From an uncultured Sulfurospirillum sp. (GTDB lineage: Bacteria; Campylobacterota; Campylobacteria; Campylobacterales; Sulfurospirillaceae), in assembly GCA_964530865.1 (NCBI GenBank), contig CAZHBU010000006.1, forward strand, positions 1-47,658: a DNA stretch of 47,658 bases, read 5' to 3'. The position numbers and the translations under genes were made by a program. The notes under the pieces are model-generated. The model made no database searches. It saw only the letters and a program-made list of their open reading frames with translations, and was not told the origin of the DNA. The stretch's first letter is position 1. Each line of letters begins with the position of its first letter. Shown here in pieces: positions 20,283 to 31,326 of the stretch.

Positions 20283-21176
20283 CTAGTATCCTTTTATATC
20301 GTACTGTTTGATTACTTCTTCTAATCTCTTCATGTTTTCTTTACTTGGGGCTGTTAGAGGAAGTCTATACTCTAAAGTATCAAGTAGTCCAGCAATATAC
20401 ATTGCTGCTTTTATTGGTATTGGGTTGCTTTCACAAAATAGAATTTTATTCATTGTATAAAGTGCGTCATTGATTCTTTTTGCTTCATGGTAGTCACCAT
20501 TAATTGCTGCATGAGTTAAATCTGCTATCTTACTTGGTAAGATATTTGAAGTAACAGAAATCACACCATTTCCGCCATTTGAGAGTATAGGATAGTTGAT
20601 TGCATCATCTCCACTTATAACACTTAGTTTTGGCTCATGTGCAAGTAAATCAACACATCTCTCTATAGACCCAGTTGCCTCTTTAACCCCATATACGTTT
20701 GAGCAGTCATTAAAAAGTCTATATATAGTTTCAGGAAGTAGGTCACACGCAGTACGACCTGGTACATTGTAAAGTAGTACAGGAATATCAACTGCATTTG
20801 CCAAAGCTTTATAGTGTTGATAAAGTCCCTCTTGCATAGGTTTGTTATAGTATGGAGTAACTGATAGTATACCATCTGCACCATGTTCTTGTGCAAACTT
20901 TGCAATACCGACTGCTTCATGAGTTGCATTACTACCAGCACCTGCTAATACTTTTACCTCTGTATTTTTACAAACATCAACAGCAATTTCTATACATTTT
21001 CTATGCTCTTCATGGCTTAGAGTTGCACTCTCTCCAGTTGTTCCAACAGGTACAACAACATCTATACCGTTGTCAATCTGTCTTTTTATTAGTTTTGCAT
21101 AAGTATCTTCATCTAAATTTCCATTTTTAAATGGCGTTATTAAAGCTGTCATAGCCCCTATGATTTTTGTGCTCAT
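20283..21176 (-). CDS. dapA: 4-hydroxy-tetrahydrodipicolinate synthase
   Basis: [33 protein letters not shown]. Confidence 0.97.
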   Translation of the reverse strand: MSTKIIGAMTALITPFKNGNLDEDTYAKLIKRQIDNGIDVVVPVGTTGESATLSHEEHRKCIEIAVDVCKNTEVKVLAGAGSNATHEAVGIAKFAQEHGADGILSVTPYYNKPMQEGLYQHYKALANAVDIPVLLYNVPGRTACDLLPETIYRLFNDCSNVYGVKEATGSIERCVDLLAHEPKLSVISGDDAINYPILSNGGNGVISVTSNILPSKIADLTHAAINGDYHEAKRINDALYTMNKILFCESNPIPIKAAMYIAGLLDTLEYRLPLTAPSKENMKRLEEVIKQYDIKGY

Positions 21177-22477
21177 TTGTAGTCCTTTCTTAGTATAACT
21201 GTAGTTGATTTTTCTTCAACCAAATATTTTTTTGCAACGCTTATTATATCTTTTTTTGTTAGTTTATTTATATTGTCTTCATAGTTTAGTAGAGGAGTTA
21301 TATCGCCTTTTGCATAGTAGCCACCAAAAAGGTTAGTCAAGTTTGATGAACTCTCTAAAGAAAATATAAAATCTGCTTTTGTGTTTGTTTTTATTTTGTC
21401 TACGTCACTGTTTTTAACAGCTCCATCTTTTACATTTTCAATGATAGCTAAAATCTCTTTTTCTATATTTTCGGCTTTAACACCAGGATTTCCAACCGCT
21501 AAAAACATAAATATAGATGGATCACGGTTTTCCATGTTGTAGCCATATATTTGATTTACCATCTTTTTTTCATCTACAAGCACTTTTTGAAGAAGTGAGC
21601 TTTTCCCCGAACTAAGAAGTTCGCTAAGAGCTGAAAGTGCAGTTTGGTCTACATGTAAGAAGTTAGGGATTTTATAAGCGATAGCTACCATCTCTACTTC
21701 ACTCTCTTTTTTGATGTAAATTCTTTTTGCTCCATCTTGTTCTGGTTCAACTTGGTGAGCACTTGGATAGGTGACTTTTTTGCCCTCTATATTGCCAAAG
21801 TGTTTCTTTGTTGTTCTAAAAACTTCATCAGCACTTATATCGCCAGCAACTACAACTATAGCATTTGATGGTTGATAGTAGTTTGCATGAAACTCTTTTA
21901 TGTCATCAATCGTCCAGTGTTTTATATCTTCAACGAAACCTATTGGAGTCCAGTGGTATGGGTGATACGTGAAAGCGTTGTTGAAGAGTCTAAAATAGAG
22001 ATAACCCATAGGAGAGTTATCTGTTCTCCATCGTCTCTCTTCTAAAACTACATCACGCTCTGGTTGAAACTCTTTATCTTGAAGTTTCAAGTTTGCCATC
22101 AAATCAGCAAATAGTTCAAGAGATTTGTTTAAGTTTTTAGATGAACTTTTTATGAAGTAGTGAGTAGAGTCAAACCCAGTTGAAGCATTGTTTACTCCAC
22201 CAAAGCCTTTTACTATTTCATCAAACTCTCCAGCTTTTAGATTATCTGTCGATTTGAAATTTAGATGCTCTAACATATGTGCAATTCCACTTTTTCCCAT
22301 AACTTCGTGACCACTACCAACTTTATAGAAGATATCAGTTGAGATTACATTACTCTCATTTTTCATGGGAATTACTACGACTTGTAGTCCATTTTCTAGT
22401 GTCTTTGTTTTATACTCAGGAAGTGAGTTTGCCATAAGGCCTCCTAAAATCATACATATTGTAATTAAAATTTTCAT
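21173..22477 (-). CDS. M16 family zinc peptidase (PqqL/pitrilysin-like), signal peptide
   Basis: Inverzincin [19 protein letters not shown]; hydrophobic N-terminus. Confidence 0.93.
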   Translation of the reverse strand: MKILITICMILGGLMANSLPEYKTKTLENGLQVVVIPMKNESNVISTDIFYKVGSGHEVMGKSGIAHMLEHLNFKSTDNLKAGEFDEIVKGFGGVNNASTGFDSTHYFIKSSSKNLNKSLELFADLMANLKLQDKEFQPERDVVLEERRWRTDNSPMGYLYFRLFNNAFTYHPYHWTPIGFVEDIKHWTIDDIKEFHANYYQPSNAIVVVAGDISADEVFRTTKKHFGNIEGKKVTYPSAHQVEPEQDGAKRIYIKKESEVEMVAIAYKIPNFLHVDQTALSALSELLSSGKSSLLQKVLVDEKKMVNQIYGYNMENRDPSIFMFLAVGNPGVKAENIEKEILAIIENVKDGAVKNSDVDKIKTNTKADFIFSLESSSNLTNLFGGYYAKGDITPLLNYEDNINKLTKKDIISVAKKYLVEEKSTTVILRKDYK

Positions 22478-23538
22478 TATTTTCTATCCGATCCGATTGC
22501 TTCGCTTATGTGATGAAATCCATCTCTGTCCATTAAATCTAATACTCCTTGTGAAATATCGTGATTAAGTTTTGGACCTTTAAAGATAAATGCACTGTAA
22601 ATCTGCACTAAACTAGCACCCATCTTTATGCGTTTATATGCAGTCTCTGCACTATCAATTCCACCAGCACTTATGAGTGTGGTTTTTCCATAAAACTCTT
22701 TTGCCAATTCTTCAAAAAGAGCTGAACTTTTTGGTTCTAATACTTTTCCACTAATGCCACCAAAACTTTGAGGATTTGATAGCAGTGAATAGTCAATGGT
22801 TGTATTGGTTGCTACAATCCCACTAGCACCATTTTCAAGAGCTACACTACAAATGTTTATAGCATCTTTTACTTCTAAATCAGGTGCAATTTTTAATAGC
22901 ACTGCTTTATTGGTTTTTTCTTTAGCCATTGTAAAAAGTTCTTTTATAAATTCTTCATTTTGTAAATCACGAAGCCCTGGCGTGTTTGGAGAAGATATAT
23001 TGATGACAATGTAGTTACTTATATCTTTAAAGCAATCAATTAGTTTTTTATAATCATTCAAAGCATCTTTGGCACTTGTTGTTTTATTTTTTCCTATGTT
23101 TGCCACAATAGGGATTGCAAAAGGGTATAGTTTTTCTACCCGTTTTTTGATTTTATCCATGCCGTCGTTGTTAAAACCCATAGCATTTTGTATACTTTGT
23201 TGCTTTATATGACGAAATAGTCTTGGTTTAGGATTCCCATCTTGTGGTATTGGAGTCATAGTTCCAAACTCTATATGTCCAAAACCTAGAGCAGTAAGCA
23301 TTTTTATCATAGTTGCATTTTTATCAAATCCAGCTGCTAATCCAATAGGGTTTAAAAAAGTGCTACCAAAAAGTTTTTGTTCTAATCTCTCATCAGTTAC
23401 AAAGTACCTTTTAGCAAGTTCACTTTCTAAAAAAGGACAAAATCTAATAGCATTTTTAAATGTAAATTCTGCAACATTGTGAGCATTTTCAGGACTTAAT
23501 TGAAAAAATATCTTTTTAATGTGGTCATAAGTCAACAT
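22477..23538 (-). CDS. pyrD: Quinone-dependent dihydroorotate dehydrogenase (class 2)
   Basis: GLAAGFDK, GNPKPRLFR, NISSPNTPGLR, KIAPD, TNTT. Confidence 0.96.
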   Translation of the reverse strand: MLTYDHIKKIFFQLSPENAHNVAEFTFKNAIRFCPFLESELAKRYFVTDERLEQKLFGSTFLNPIGLAAGFDKNATMIKMLTALGFGHIEFGTMTPIPQDGNPKPRLFRHIKQQSIQNAMGFNNDGMDKIKKRVEKLYPFAIPIVANIGKNKTTSAKDALNDYKKLIDCFKDISNYIVINISSPNTPGLRDLQNEEFIKELFTMAKEKTNKAVLLKIAPDLEVKDAINICSVALENGASGIVATNTTIDYSLLSNPQSFGGISGKVLEPKSSALFEELAKEFYGKTTLISAGGIDSAETAYKRIKMGASLVQIYSAFIFKGPKLNHDISQGVLDLMDRDGFHHISEAIGSDRK

Positions 23539-23571
23539 AGTATACTGTATCCTTTTTAATAAATATCCGCG

Positions 23572-23577
23572 ATTATA
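23572..23577 (-). promoter_or_regulatory. Putative -10 box for the pyrD-yggS operon
   Basis: TATAAT on the minus strand about 35 nt upstream of the pyrD ATG, with an AAAGGA SD between. Confidence 0.5.
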
Positions 23578-23604
23578 CTCAAATCTTGCTAAAAAGGTGC
23601 TTTT

Positions 23605-24240
23605 TTGGAAATAGTTTTAAATCTATCTATCTTACTTGTCTTTATACCAACATTTTTTTTCGTTTCATTGACTCCTGGTATGTGTATGACTTTGGCTATG
23701 AGTTTAGGTATGAGCATAGGACTTAAAAAAACGTTTTATATGATGGCTGGTGAATTAGTTGGCGTTGCGATTGTAGCACTCTCTTCAGTGATTGGTGTAG
23801 CCACTATAATGTTAAAGTATCCAGATATTTTTACAGTTTTCAAGTATGTAGGTGGAGCATATTTAGGCTATTTGGGTGTTCAGATGTGGCTTAGTCGTGG
23901 GAAGATGGCAATCTCTACATGTAGCACTCAAAAAAGTTTTTCTATATCTAATAGAACTTTAGCATTACAAGGGTTTGTAACTGCCATAGCCAATCCAAAA
24001 GGATGGGCATTTTTTATCTCTTTACTTCCACCATTTATAAACCAGTCGCAACCTTTAGCTCCTCAGATTTCTGTTTTATTGTTTATAATTTTGTCTTTAG
24101 AATTTATTTGTCTTGTCATTTATGCTACAGGAGGTAGTACTTTAAGGAAGTTCCTACAAAAAAGTGATAATGTAAAGTTGATGAATAAAATAGCAGGAAC
24201 TCTTATGATTGGTGTTGGAATATGGTTGGCTTTTGGTTAG
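23605..24240 (+). CDS. LysE/RhtB-family amino-acid exporter
   Basis: SLTPG, KYVGGAYLGYLG, GFVTAIANPK; multiple TM segments. Confidence 0.9.
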   Translation: MEIVLNLSILLVFIPTFFFVSLTPGMCMTLAMSLGMSIGLKKTFYMMAGELVGVAIVALSSVIGVATIMLKYPDIFTVFKYVGGAYLGYLGVQMWLSRGKMAISTCSTQKSFSISNRTLALQGFVTAIANPKGWAFFISLLPPFINQSQPLAPQISVLLFIILSLEFICLVIYATGGSTLRKFLQKSDNVKLMNKIAGTLMIGVGIWLAFG

Positions 24241-24252
24241 TGTTACAAACCT

Positions 24253-25968
24253 TTAAGCTTGTAACCCTTTTAGTTTGTTATACTCTTGACTATTTACTTT
24301 TAACTCTTTATCTGTCCCAATAGCAGTTACTTTTCCGTGTTGAAGTACGGCTATTTTATCTGCTTTTTGTACAGTGCTTAGACGATGAGCGATTACAAAA
24401 GTAATTTTATCTTTTATGAGATTTTCCATTGCTTGAGTTATCTTTTTCTCGCTTTTACTATCAAGTGCACTTGTTGCTTCGTCCATGATGAGTATTTTGG
24501 GATTTACATAAATGGCTCTTGCAATTGCTATTCTTTGTCTTTGTCCTCCTGAGAGGTTTGTTCCTGATTCATCTAATTTTGTGTGTATACCTTTAGGAAG
24601 TTCTTCTATAAACTCATAAGCATTTGCTTTTTTCAGAGCTTCAATGACTTTGTTTTCATCTATCTCTTGTCCATAGGCAACATTGGCCGCAACACTTTCA
24701 TGAAATATGTACACTCTTTGGGTTACAATCGCTATGGAGTCTCTTAGGCTTTGAAGTGAAAATTCTTTAATATTAGTTCCATTGATGCTAATTGTTCCTG
24801 CACTTGGATCATAAAATCTTACTATCATATTGACAAGTGAACTTTTTCCACCACCACTATCGCCAACAAGTGCCATAAATTCACCTTTATTGGCTTTTAG
24901 ATTTATGCCATTAAGTGCTTTTTTATCACCGTATTTGAGTTCAACATCTTTAAACTCAATACTATTTACAACTTCAGGCATTTTTTTATCACCACCAACA
25001 ATAGTAGGCTTTTGATCAAGTAAAAAGAAGATTCTTTCACTAGCCGCAACTGCTTCTTGCAGTTTATTATATAGACTTGATAGCCTTTTTATAGGAGTAT
25101 AGAGCATAAAAAGTGCAGTTAAAAATGAGAAAAATGCTCCCATACTCATGTTGTCATTTATGACTTCCATACCACCAACTATTATAACAGTTGAAACTCC
25201 TATAGCTCCAAGAGTTTCCATCATAGGGCTTACTAGTTGAGAGACTTTTACTGATTTCATTGTTAAGTTAAAATATTTTTGATTTTCTTCTTTAAAAATA
25301 TTTTGTTCATGTTTATGAGAGTTGCTAGCTTGAATCACCTCAATGTTATTGAAAATTTCGCTTAGTTTTGAAGTAACATCTGAAACTTTCTCTTGAGATA
25401 GTCTTGAGATTCTTTTCATTTTTTTTGCTAATCTACTAAGAGGATATATGGCTAAAGGCATAATGACAAGAGCATAAAAAGCAAGATCCGAGCTTTGATA
25501 GATTACAACTCCCACAAGCCCAACTATGGTTAAAGACTCTCTTAAAAACTCAGGAATCATGTTAGATACAACAGTTCTTACTTTTTCTACATCATTTGTG
25601 TTTCTACTTATGAGTTCACCTGTACGGTACTTGTGAAAAAAAGAAATATCTTGAATCATTAAATTCTTTAATACTTTATCTCTAAATCTTCTTATAATAT
25701 CATGTCCAATATAGCTTGTAAAGTATGACTGCATGTATCTACCACTCTCTTTTGCTAAGTAAACTGCGATGATTGCTAGTGGAAGAAGTCTTAACATCTC
25801 TGCATCTTTTGCAACAAAAATATCATCTAAAAGTGGTTTCACAAGATACGCAGAAGCAGCAGTTCCACTTGAAGCTAAAATCATACCTATAATAGCAAAC
25901 ACAAAATAGAGAATATAATCTTTAAAGTAAGGTGAAAAACGTTTTAAAACTAATCTAACACCTTCCAT
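24253..25968 (-). CDS. msbA: MsbA-like ABC exporter (fused TMD-NBD)
   Basis: GDSGGGKS, LSGGQRQR, DEATSALD, IAHRLST; lies next to cysS as in Campylobacter. Confidence 0.82.
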   Translation of the reverse strand: MEGVRLVLKRFSPYFKDYILYFVFAIIGMILASSGTAASAYLVKPLLDDIFVAKDAEMLRLLPLAIIAVYLAKESGRYMQSYFTSYIGHDIIRRFRDKVLKNLMIQDISFFHKYRTGELISRNTNDVEKVRTVVSNMIPEFLRESLTIVGLVGVVIYQSSDLAFYALVIMPLAIYPLSRLAKKMKRISRLSQEKVSDVTSKLSEIFNNIEVIQASNSHKHEQNIFKEENQKYFNLTMKSVKVSQLVSPMMETLGAIGVSTVIIVGGMEVINDNMSMGAFFSFLTALFMLYTPIKRLSSLYNKLQEAVAASERIFFLLDQKPTIVGGDKKMPEVVNSIEFKDVELKYGDKKALNGINLKANKGEFMALVGDSGGGKSSLVNMIVRFYDPSAGTISINGTNIKEFSLQSLRDSIAIVTQRVYIFHESVAANVAYGQEIDENKVIEALKKANAYEFIEELPKGIHTKLDESGTNLSGGQRQRIAIARAIYVNPKILIMDEATSALDSKSEKKITQAMENLIKDKITFVIAHRLSTVQKADKIAVLQHGKVTAIGTDKELKVNSQEYNKLKGLQA

Positions 25969-27359
25969 TATTCAGCCTTTTCCCATTGAGTTCCACTTGG
26001 AGTGTCCATGAGCTGTATGCCTTTACATGTAAGAGTTTCTCTTATTTTATCTGCTTCTACAAAGTCTTTCTCTTTTTTTGCTTCAGCTCTGAGTTTTATG
26101 AGGGTTTCAATTTCACTTTTTTCATCTTCACTAATGCCAAGTTGAAAGTATTCATATGGATTTTTATAACCAATTCCAAGTATATTTTCAAGCCAGATAA
26201 GATTTGCATTGGTTTCAAACTTTGTTGCTTTATCTTTTGAGTTATAATCAAGCTTTTCATTTGCATTTGCAACCATCTCATCTACAATACTAAATGCTTT
26301 TGAGATGTTTAAGTCTTCACTAAGAGCTTCAAGTGTGGCTTTTTTAAATTCTTTACATGTAGTACTTTTTTTACCTTCAAAAACTCTCTTTTTAAGACGA
26401 TAAAGCTTATCTAAACGCTTTTTAGTTACAAGTAGATCCTCTTCTGAAAAGTTAAAATTTGCACGATAATGTGAGCTAAGAAGATAAAATCTAAGAATTT
26501 CTCCATCGTATTCTTTTAGTGCATCTTTTAAAAAGAAACTGTTACCTAAAGATTTACTCATCTTTTCACCATTTATGGTCACAAAACCATTGTGCATCCA
26601 GTATTTTGCTAACTCTTGATTACTTTTACATCTTGTTTGACACGCTTCATTCTCATGGTGAGGAAAAAGCAAGTCTGCACCGCCAGCGTGAATATCTATC
26701 TGAAAATCACCATCATATGCTAAGTGTTTTTCAATCATAGCACTACACTCTATGTGCCATCCAGGACGACCATCGCCGAAGCTTGCTTTATAAGTTGGCT
26801 CCCCTTTTTTAGAAAACTTCCAAAGAGCAAAATCTTTCTGGTCTTTTTTCTCACTGTTAGCTTCAACACGAGAACGAGTATCATCCATCTTCATGTGCGA
26901 AAGGCTAAGATATTTTTCATCTTTTGATGTATCGAAGTAGATGCTATCACTTGTTTTATATGCTTTATCCTCTTTTAAAAGAGATTCTATAAATGAGACT
27001 ATTTCATCTATGCTTTCAGTTGCTTTTGGCTCAATGTCTGCATCACTAACACCAAGAGCATTCATCTCATATTTATATCTTTTTATATAAAACTCTGTCA
27101 TCTCTTTAAGACTCTGACCTGTTTCATCCATTTTTTTTATGATTTTGTCATCTATATCTGTGAAGTTTTTTACAAAAGTGACTTTATAATTTAGCTCTAA
27201 AAAAATACGACGTAGTAGATCAAATGCTAAAGCACTTCTAGCGTGTCCTAAGTGTGCATCGTCATAAACAGTTGGTCCACATACATAAATTTTTACTTCG
27301 TTTTCTTTTATAGGGACAAAAGGTACTTTTTTTCTTAGAACTGAATCATAAATATTCAC
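25968..27359 (-). CDS. cysS: Cysteine--tRNA ligase
   Basis: CGPTVY..HLGHAR, GRPGWHIECS, FPHHENE, KMSKS. Confidence 0.98.
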   Translation of the reverse strand: MNIYDSVLRKKVPFVPIKENEVKIYVCGPTVYDDAHLGHARSALAFDLLRRIFLELNYKVTFVKNFTDIDDKIIKKMDETGQSLKEMTEFYIKRYKYEMNALGVSDADIEPKATESIDEIVSFIESLLKEDKAYKTSDSIYFDTSKDEKYLSLSHMKMDDTRSRVEANSEKKDQKDFALWKFSKKGEPTYKASFGDGRPGWHIECSAMIEKHLAYDGDFQIDIHAGGADLLFPHHENEACQTRCKSNQELAKYWMHNGFVTINGEKMSKSLGNSFFLKDALKEYDGEILRFYLLSSHYRANFNFSEEDLLVTKKRLDKLYRLKKRVFEGKKSTTCKEFKKATLEALSEDLNISKAFSIVDEMVANANEKLDYNSKDKATKFETNANLIWLENILGIGYKNPYEYFQLGISEDEKSEIETLIKLRAEAKKEKDFVEADKIRETLTCKGIQLMDTPSGTQWEKAE

Positions 27360-28749
27360 TGATTATTTCCTTAATATATAGAAGAGTTGGAATGTAAACT
27401 ATGAGCATTCCAACAAATATAGCTAATTTTTTATCGCGTATTATATCTAAAAACTCTTTTATCCCAAATGAACGTATGGTAAAGCCCAAAAGAATAATGC
27501 CTGCACATGAACTTGCAAGTGCTAAACCCTTAACTCCTAGAGGCTCTATTAAAACTGTATAAAGTAGTAGATTTGTACTAAGTGCAAATAGAGCAATTTT
27601 AGCTGCCTCTTTTTGTTTTAGTGTTGCATAGAGCCATAAAGAGAAGAGTTTTGCTAGGCCATAAGGGATGAGACCTATGAGGTACATTTGTAGAACTTCA
27701 GCACTTTTTTGTGTATCTTCAGCACTGAATGCTCCTCTTTGAAATAGTAGTTTTACTATCTCTTCACTAAGTATAAAACCTCCAATAGCGGAGAGGGTGA
27801 GTAAAAATGTTAAAAACCAAAACCCACTTTTAAAAAGCATCAAAGCTTTTTTGGTTTCGCTATTTTTTATTAAACGTGCTATTTTTGGAAATACACCGAC
27901 ACTCAGAGCTATTGCAAAAAGAGCTAAAGGAAGTTGAAATATACGGTTTGCATAATATAGATAACTAATACTTCCTGTAACTAAAAAACTAGCTATCCAA
28001 GTGTCCAAAAAAGCTGAAATTTGAGGAGTTGAGTTTCCTAAAATTGCATGTGAAAAAGAGCGAAAAAAGCTTCTATCTTCATCTTTTATTCTATCTTTTT
28101 TTCTGTTTGAAAATCCAAACCAAAAAAGCTTTAAGAGATTTCTGTTTTTGATAGCAATTATGTGTGTTAAAAGTTGTAAAACTCCACCAACTATAACAGC
28201 ATAACTCATAGCATACACAATCTCTATTTTTTCCATTCCATTTGTTAGAAGAAGGGAGCTTATAAGTGCTATGTTTAGTAGTGCAGTTGAAAAAGCAGTT
28301 GTTGCAAAGTGATTTTTATACTGCAAAAGTGAACCCATGAAAGTGACGGCAAATATGAGTGGAAGATAGTAAAAGTTTATAGCTACAAGAGGAGAAGCGA
28401 TAGCTAAGGTTTTATCATCAAACCCAAGAGCAATTAGTTTTGCAAAAAAACCACTAAAAATAGTCACTACAAATGAAGCGAAGATAAGAAAAATAAAAAA
28501 TCTTGTAAAAGTTTTATAGGTAAATATTGACTTATTTTTTGAGTTTATAAACGCAGGGATAAAACTTTGTGTAAATGCCCCTTCAGCGAAGATACGCCTA
28601 AAAAGATTTGGTAGTTTGAATGCGACAAAAAATATATCGCTATATATATTGGCTCCCAGGATCGAAGCTGTTAAGAGATCTCTTATAAAACCAAATATAC
28701 GAGAGATGAGAATACCGATGCTATTTGTAAAAAAATTTTTTAAAATCAT
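27346..28749 (-). CDS. murJ: Lipid II flippase MurJ (MviN)
   Basis: SRIFGFIRD, FKLPNLFRRIFAEGA, YYANRIFQLP, LFQRGAF. Confidence 0.96.
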   Translation of the reverse strand: MILKNFFTNSIGILISRIFGFIRDLLTASILGANIYSDIFFVAFKLPNLFRRIFAEGAFTQSFIPAFINSKNKSIFTYKTFTRFFIFLIFASFVVTIFSGFFAKLIALGFDDKTLAIASPLVAINFYYLPLIFAVTFMGSLLQYKNHFATTAFSTALLNIALISSLLLTNGMEKIEIVYAMSYAVIVGGVLQLLTHIIAIKNRNLLKLFWFGFSNRKKDRIKDEDRSFFRSFSHAILGNSTPQISAFLDTWIASFLVTGSISYLYYANRIFQLPLALFAIALSVGVFPKIARLIKNSETKKALMLFKSGFWFLTFLLTLSAIGGFILSEEIVKLLFQRGAFSAEDTQKSAEVLQMYLIGLIPYGLAKLFSLWLYATLKQKEAAKIALFALSTNLLLYTVLIEPLGVKGLALASSCAGIILLGFTIRSFGIKEFLDIIRDKKLAIFVGMLIVYIPTLLYIKEIISEYL

Positions 28750-28802
28750 AAAGAATGATAACTTATTAGGGCTGTTTTTTGGGTTAATTAATCTTTTTTT
28801 AG

Positions 28803-28808
28803 TATAAT
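28803..28808 (+). promoter_or_regulatory. Putative -10 box for the fapA-ruvA-ddl-murF operon
   Basis: TATAAT preceded by T tracts, as in Campylobacterota sigma70 promoters; GAGG SD before ATG 28842. Confidence 0.5.
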
Positions 28809-28841
28809 GTTACTATTCTTAAAAGAGATAGAGGAAAGACA

Positions 28842-30770
28842 ATGGGGCTATTTGATAAAATCATGGGTGATAATTCTACTGATAAGAAAGAAGAAAATAA
28901 AAAACCAGAATTCAAATCCATCATTGTAGAGAGTGAAAATATACCAAGAGAGATAAAAGGAATTGCGGCTGCAAATGAACTCTCTTTATCTGAACTTGAT
29001 TTTAAAATTATAAAAGTAAAAACTTCTTATAGTACAGGGAAAGAAGAGGGTTGGATTGAAGCTGATAAGGAAAAATTAAAGCAGTTTAAAGACGAAGATT
29101 TTATTCTAAATCAAGATTTGAAAATTAAGCAGATGTATAAAGTAGATATATTTAAAATAGAAGAAGACGAACATGCTCCTATATTACCACCCATAGTACT
29201 TGGTGGCAATAAAGTTTTAACAAAAATAATCGTAACTATTAAAAGAGATATAGAAGTTAAATATTTTTCTAAAATAGAAAATAAAATCATAGAAGAGATA
29301 AATAAAAAGAAGATTAAAGCTGGTGTACTTGTTGGCATACATGATGATATGATGTATAAAGAGATAAAAACTATTATTTCAGGTATTAGAGTCAATGGGA
29401 TTATGAGTGAAGAGAGTATGTTTGTAGTTTGTCAAGGAATAGATCCTGTCTTGCCTATAAATGATAAGTTTATATATCATTATAAACAAAACTTAGCTAA
29501 TGAAGATGAACAAGGTAGAGTTGATTACTCTAAAAGAGGGTATATTTTGGCAGTTTCTGAGGGTGACTGTATTATGGAGTATATAAAACCACAACTTGGA
29601 ACGGCAGGACGTAATTGCCAAGGAAAATATCTTCCTGTTAAAGAGCCACTTTGCGATAACGAGATGTTAGTAAATTATACTGATCATATTTTGAAAAAAG
29701 AAGACGAAGAGAAGATAAAGTATGTTGCAGGGCAAAATGGCTATGTAACAGAAGATAGCCCAGGATCATTTGATATACAAGAAAATATGGAAGTTGGCGA
29801 GGTAAGCTTTAAAACTACAGGTTCAATTGAAACAGATATGAGTGCTGAAGTGAAGATAAATATAACAGAAGATGATGTTTTTAAAGATGCTATAGGTCCT
29901 GGTATGAGTGTTGAGACATATGAGCTTAACATACAAGGAAATGTAGCAAGTGGAGCGAAAATTAAAGCAGAAAAGTTAACTATTGGTGGACAGACTCACC
30001 AAACATCTACGATAGAAGCTAAAAATGCTCAAATTACTATTCATCGTGGTACTGTAACTGCTGAGATAGCCAATATAGATAGACTAGAAGGTGGTAAAAT
30101 TATAGGTGATATTATCAATGTTAAGCAAGCTATTGGCGGTGAAATAATTGGAAAAAATATAGTCATTGAAGAGTTGGCATCAAATGTTAGTATAACAGCA
30201 TCAGATACCATAGAAATAAAAGAGTTAAAGGGCACAAATAACAAATTTTTGATAGATCCAAGTCTAACAAAAGAGTTCAACGAAAGTATAGAGAAAATAA
30301 ACAAAGAGATTAAAGAGTTAGCATTAAGAATTAAGCCAATTCCAAAGTTACTTGAAGAGAGAAAAAAGGTAATTGACAAGACAAAAGCAACAGTTAAAAT
30401 GGTACAAGATAAGATATTGGAGTTAAAAAAAGATGGTAAAAATCCACCTGCAACGCTTCTTTCAAAAATTAGAGAGTTTCAAAAAAGTGTAAATAGTTAT
30501 AATGAATCTTTGAAAAAATTTAAAGATGATAAACTTCAACTAAAAAATTTTAAAGAAGATTTGAATCAAGTTCAGATGAAAGTATTTTCAGCAAAAATCA
30601 TAAATCACTCTCCTTGGAAAGAGTACAATGAGATAAAATTTAAACTCATTTCACCTGCAATTGAGAAAGTTTATAATACAAAAGAGCATGAAATTATAAG
30701 AGAAATTTCTCTTAAAGAGATTGGCGATGGAGTATATGAAATAAAAAAATCAGCGGAGTATAGCTCTTGA
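28842..30770 (+). CDS. Flagellar assembly protein A (FapA/DUF342) domain protein
   Basis: GRVDY..GYILAV..YIKPQLGTAGRNCQG, beta-helix-like repeats and a coiled coil; precedes ruvA as in Campylobacter. Confidence 0.8.
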   Translation: MGLFDKIMGDNSTDKKEENKKPEFKSIIVESENIPREIKGIAAANELSLSELDFKIIKVKTSYSTGKEEGWIEADKEKLKQFKDEDFILNQDLKIKQMYKVDIFKIEEDEHAPILPPIVLGGNKVLTKIIVTIKRDIEVKYFSKIENKIIEEINKKKIKAGVLVGIHDDMMYKEIKTIISGIRVNGIMSEESMFVVCQGIDPVLPINDKFIYHYKQNLANEDEQGRVDYSKRGYILAVSEGDCIMEYIKPQLGTAGRNCQGKYLPVKEPLCDNEMLVNYTDHILKKEDEEKIKYVAGQNGYVTEDSPGSFDIQENMEVGEVSFKTTGSIETDMSAEVKINITEDDVFKDAIGPGMSVETYELNIQGNVASGAKIKAEKLTIGGQTHQTSTIEAKNAQITIHRGTVTAEIANIDRLEGGKIIGDIINVKQAIGGEIIGKNIVIEELASNVSITASDTIEIKELKGTNNKFLIDPSLTKEFNESIEKINKEIKELALRIKPIPKLLEERKKVIDKTKATVKMVQDKILELKKDGKNPPATLLSKIREFQKSVNSYNESLKKFKDDKLQLKNFKEDLNQVQMKVFSAKIINHSPWKEYNEIKFKLISPAIEKVYNTKEHEIIREISLKEIGDGVYEIKKSAEYSS

Positions 30771-31321
30771 TAATAGCAATAGATGGACAGGTAGTTAAAA
30801 AAGAGCCAACTTTCTTACATATAAAGACAAGTTCTGGTTTTACTTACAGAGTAAATGTATCTCTTTTTTGCTCTTCAGATGTAAGCAAAGGTGAAGTATC
30901 TCTTCATGTTACACAAATCATAAGAGAAGACGCAAATAACCTATATGGTTTTAAACAAAATGATGAGAAAAGAGTTTTTGATACTTTAGTAAAAGTAAAT
31001 GGAGTAGGACCTTCAACTGCACTAGCCGTTTGTTCGACTATGACTCCTTCCGAGTTTGCAAGTGCTCTTACTTCTAATTCAGTTGAAGCATTTAAAAAAG
31101 TTCCAGGAATTGGACCTAAAAGTGCAAAAAGGATTTTAGTAGAACTAAGTGATTTTGAGTTAGAGAGTGATTCTTTGGGTACAAATAGTTCTATAAATGA
31201 GACTATTATGGCGCTAGAGAGTTTAGGATTTAAAAAAGAGAGAATTAGAAAAGTATTGTCTACATGTAGCGGTACAGATACAAGTTCTTTAATCAAAGAA
31301 GCATTAAAAAAATTAGGGTAG
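30767..31321 (+). CDS. ruvA: Holliday junction branch migration protein RuvA
   Basis: IREDANNLYGF, VNGVGP, VPGIGPKSAKRI, ALESLGF. Confidence 0.96.
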   Translation: MIIAIDGQVVKKEPTFLHIKTSSGFTYRVNVSLFCSSDVSKGEVSLHVTQIIREDANNLYGFKQNDEKRVFDTLVKVNGVGPSTALAVCSTMTPSEFASALTSNSVEAFKKVPGIGPKSAKRILVELSDFELESDSLGTNSSINETIMALESLGFKKERIRKVLSTCSGTDTSSLIKEALKKLG

Positions 31322-31326
31322 AATTG

